NCBI GenBank assembly: GCA_965261545.1
Contig: CBDHDF010000007.1
Location: 512,001-576,000, forward strand
DNA length: 64,000 bases
Source: Bdellovibrionales bacterium
GTDB lineage: Bacteria > Bdellovibrionota > Bdellovibrionia > Bdellovibrionales > UBA1609
Direction: 5' to 3'
Shown here: positions 61,149-64,000 of the stretch, piece after piece
Position numbering within the stretch: position 1 is the first letter of the stretch
Layout: each line of letters begins with the position of its first letter
Position numbers and translations under genes: made by a program
Notes under the pieces: generated by a model
Told to the model about the DNA's origin: nothing
Databases searched by the model: none
What the model saw: only the letters and a program-made list of their open reading frames with translations

Positions 61149-61670
61149 ATGACTATGTCTTTCATATATGAGCAAAAAATCAAGGGTAAGGTCTACCTCT
61201 ATAAGTCCACGAGCTACTGGGATAAAGAGAAAAAGCAGCCTCGTCAAAAAAGGGTGTATCTTGGTAAAAAGGATGAGGCCACGGGGGAACTCATTCCTAC
61301 AACTCGGTGTTCCATTCCCACAGGCTCTTGGGATGTTGGCTCTCTTCACTTGTTAAAAAAGATTAGCAAAAAGCTAAATTTAGTACAAGCACTTAAAAAG
61401 ATTTTTCCCGAAGATTATGAAGAAATTCTTTATTTATCTTTTTTCAAAGTTATTAAGAAAGAGCCTTATTATTTGTATCCCCTCTGGTGCGAAGACTCTT
61501 ATGTTTCTGGTGAAAACTATTTAGATTCACGGTCAATAAGTAAATTCTTATTCACGGTTGGTCGTAATGAAGAAGCAATTGAGAATTTTTTTCTTGAATG
61601 GATTAAAAGGAATAAATCTGCTTCTCAAGCTGTGATGTTTGATATTACATCTATTTCTTCTTATGGTTCT
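61149..61670 (+). pseudogene. truncated IS1634-family transposase (type D, related to A)
   Basis: N-terminus similar to type A, ending after FDITSISSYGS; left end CCTGAAATCC at 59056 and 61026. Confidence 0.85.
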
Positions 61671-61682
61671 GGTGTAAAATTG

Positions 61683-61875
61683 GTTACGGTAGGAATGCGT
61701 GTTGCCACGCACCCCCCGCACAGATCCGGACGTGCTCGTTAAAGCATCCGGCTCCTACTTCAGGTGGTACCGCATAGCGAACCTATCTGTTGGCCACGGG
61801 TGGCGTATGGATATACGAGGCCAGAATAGACGAATCATTCTATCCAACCTCTTCCACGAGAATCTCCGTCCACGC
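61683..61875 (-). mobile_element. 3' remnant of a second group II intron
   Basis: Domain V GAGCCGGATGCTTTAACGAGCACGTCCGGATC, domain VI ending CCTACCGTAAC; maturase tail ...IRHPWPTDRF. Confidence 0.88.
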
Positions 61876-62017
61876 TGTTATACGATACTTTATTCTGACT
61901 AGAATTCGCCTTTATTTTTTATTTTTCTTTGACCATCCCTAGAGAATTATTACATTCCCTTGACTAAGTCTTGTCATAACCTCCCCATGAGTTTAATACT
62001 CTGCATCAGGAGGTGTT

Positions 62018-62467
62018 ATGATTTTAGCTACTTTTGTATCAACGGATGACCTTGTAAAAGAAGGTAAGAATTACAATTGGAAGAGGCCATGTAAGTGCCA
62101 AAATCCCGGCTGTAAAAGTGAGAAGCTCTGGGGCCATGGCTATGTGAAGAGATACTTTTTTGCATGCTCTGAAGCGGTCTACCTCAAGCGCTGGCGGTGT
62201 CCTCACTGCCACAGTGTTATAACGACAAGACCCAAGTCGTTCTGGCGTCGTTTTCAAGAGACAAAGTCTCGTATTTTCGAAGCATTACGACATCGTCTGA
62301 ACCCCAAGATTCCCAAGGCATGGCCCCTTTGGACAACGAGGCAAAGAGCGGGGCACTGGCTGAAAAAACTTCTTAATCACGCTAAGGCTTATAATCTGAT
62401 GAAAGAAAAAGATCCACTTAGCACAGTGGCCTTTTATCAAGAGAAAAACCTGGACATTTTTGGTTAA
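62018..62467 (+). CDS. Cys-rich accessory protein of a multi-gene transposon (DUF6431-like)
   Basis: CQNPGC...WGHG...RWRCPHC; precedes a transposase; putative TGT end at 61876. Confidence 0.7.
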   Translation: MILATFVSTDDLVKEGKNYNWKRPCKCQNPGCKSEKLWGHGYVKRYFFACSEAVYLKRWRCPHCHSVITTRPKSFWRRFQETKSRIFEALRHRLNPKIPKAWPLWTTRQRAGHWLKKLLNHAKAYNLMKEKDPLSTVAFYQEKNLDIFG

Positions 62468-62602
62468 CGAAGTTTGCCAGTGCTCCCATTTATTTTCAAC
62501 CTACCGTTTCTTGTCATTAACAAAGAGTCAGGAAGTTGTGTATCTCTTATTTCAAGAAAGATTTCCAATAACGGAAATTAAATCAAAGAAAGAGAGGTCA
62601 AA

Positions 62603-63141
62603 ATGGCTGATAAGGACAAGAAAATGGAGGTTGCCACCTTTAGATTCGGAGTGATTTCTGAATTTGTTACAGGGTTGCGCCTTGAATATGGAGAAAAAGA
62701 GAGATTGCTTACGGAAAAATCTTCCAAGAGCTATCGTGTTCCCTACTCATCATCGACTCGTGTGAGTCGTTCCACCATAAAAAAATGGATTGCAGACTAC
62801 AAGGGATCGGGCAATAGATTAGAGGGGCTTATGCCATCGGATCGCAAGGATCAAGGTCAATTTAGAAGTCTTGATGAATCTCTCCAAGTGGTCATTAAAG
62901 AGATCATGAAGGCAAAGGGACATTTTACAGGCATAGCCCTTGTCAATGCTCTACGTCAGCGCGGCTCTATTGGTACCAATGAAGAGATCAATATGAGTGT
63001 GCTTTATAGATTTTTAAAGCATCACAAATTGCAACAAAAAGAGTCCACAGATCGTAGGTCCTTTGAAGCTTCGTCTCCCAATGAAATGTGGCAGTCAGAT
63101 GTTCTTCATGGCCCCATTGTGGTTGGCAAAAAGAGAAAGAA
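62603..63141 (+). pseudogene. Mu/IS481-like DDE transposase truncated by IS1634 type A
   Basis: FRFGVI, HTH and PNEMWQSD motifs; broken at 63142. Confidence 0.85.
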
Positions 63142-64000
63142 CCTGAAATCCCTAAAAGTTGTAACTAGGTGTAGGGCTTAAGTCCTGATTATTGTCTGAG
63201 AAGGCCTTCACTTTGATTAAGAGATTGTCATCTCTTCAAAAGCATAGTTACAATATTAACGATGTCATACACTTTTGAGCAAAAAAATAAGGGAAAAACC
63301 TATGTCTATAAAGTTGAAAGCTTTTGGGACAAGGAAAAAAAGCAGGCCAGGCAAAAACGCATCTACCTTGGAAGAAAGGATGAGTTTACAGGTCAAATTA
63401 AGACCAAAAGAAAAAAGATTCCCATAGGCTCCTATAATGTGGGAGCCTTATTTTTCTTAGAGAAAATATGCGAACAACTAAATCTTCTAAAAACATTGTC
63501 TAAAATTTATCCAGATAATTACGAACATTATTTGCATTTAGCTTTTTTTAAAATAATCAAAAGAGAGCCCTTTTATCTTTACGATATGTGGTGTCAAGAA
63601 GCTTATGTTTCAAAGAAAAATTTTATGTCGTCACAAAAAATAAGCAATCTCTTATGTGATCTTGGGAGAGATCAAAAAAAGATAGAATCTTTCTTTAGCG
63701 AATGGATAAGTCAAGTGAAGGGTTCTGGTACGGTAATGTTTGACATCACATCCTTTTCTTCCTACTCTATGAATAATGAATTTTTAGAGAAAGGTTACAA
63801 CAGAGATGGAGAGAATCTCGAACAGATAAACTTAGGTCTGATAAGTAGGAAATCTGAAGACAATAAAACTCATACGCCTATAGCGTACAGAATCTATCCT
63901 GGAAGTATACCGGATGTCAAAACTTTATCGAATATTATTGAGATCATAACAAGTTATAAATTAGATTTAGATTGTTTAGTTATGGATAAGGGTTTTTCTA
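63142..64000 (+). mobile_element. IS1634-family type A copy running off the window (transposase from 63262)
   Basis: Matches the sequence starting at 20859. Confidence 0.93.

Overview
Bacterial chromosomal window. Gene content and order suggest Bdellovibrionota/Oligoflexia (inference). Housekeeping blocks: thrS-infC-fabD-fabG-acpP-fabF-rpiB, pdxA, ffh...rpsP-khpA, a degenerate kinase/sigma54-regulator pair with murG, pgsA, glpX, nuoB-CD-E-F-G-I, two S8 peptidases, meaB, a RadC-like JAB gene and pheT-ihfA-merR. Three piles of nested mobile elements interrupt them (about 10.1-16.2 kb, 20.4-31.5 kb and 56-64 kb). They contain IS4, ISNCY, IS256, several IS1634-family elements, rve-type IS, an 89-bp MITE and two group II intron remnants; most boundaries could be read from TIRs and TSDs. 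The top finding is a 2.45-kb IS-like large serine recombinase element (24751-27201) inserted in an ISNCY transposase. Joining its ends gives a symmetric attP and places an RBS+ATG from one end in frame with a start-less ORF at the other end, so a 124-aa gene would exist only in the excised circle. Other notable items: one ISNCY element at the identical site of two IS4 copies in opposite orientations, 110-bp and 57-bp target duplications, a group II intron inside an IS256 terminal repeat, and ~80-bp inverted repeats around an ABC substrate-binding gene. Coordinates were read by hand and may be off by a few bases; single-base frameshifts could be assembly errors.
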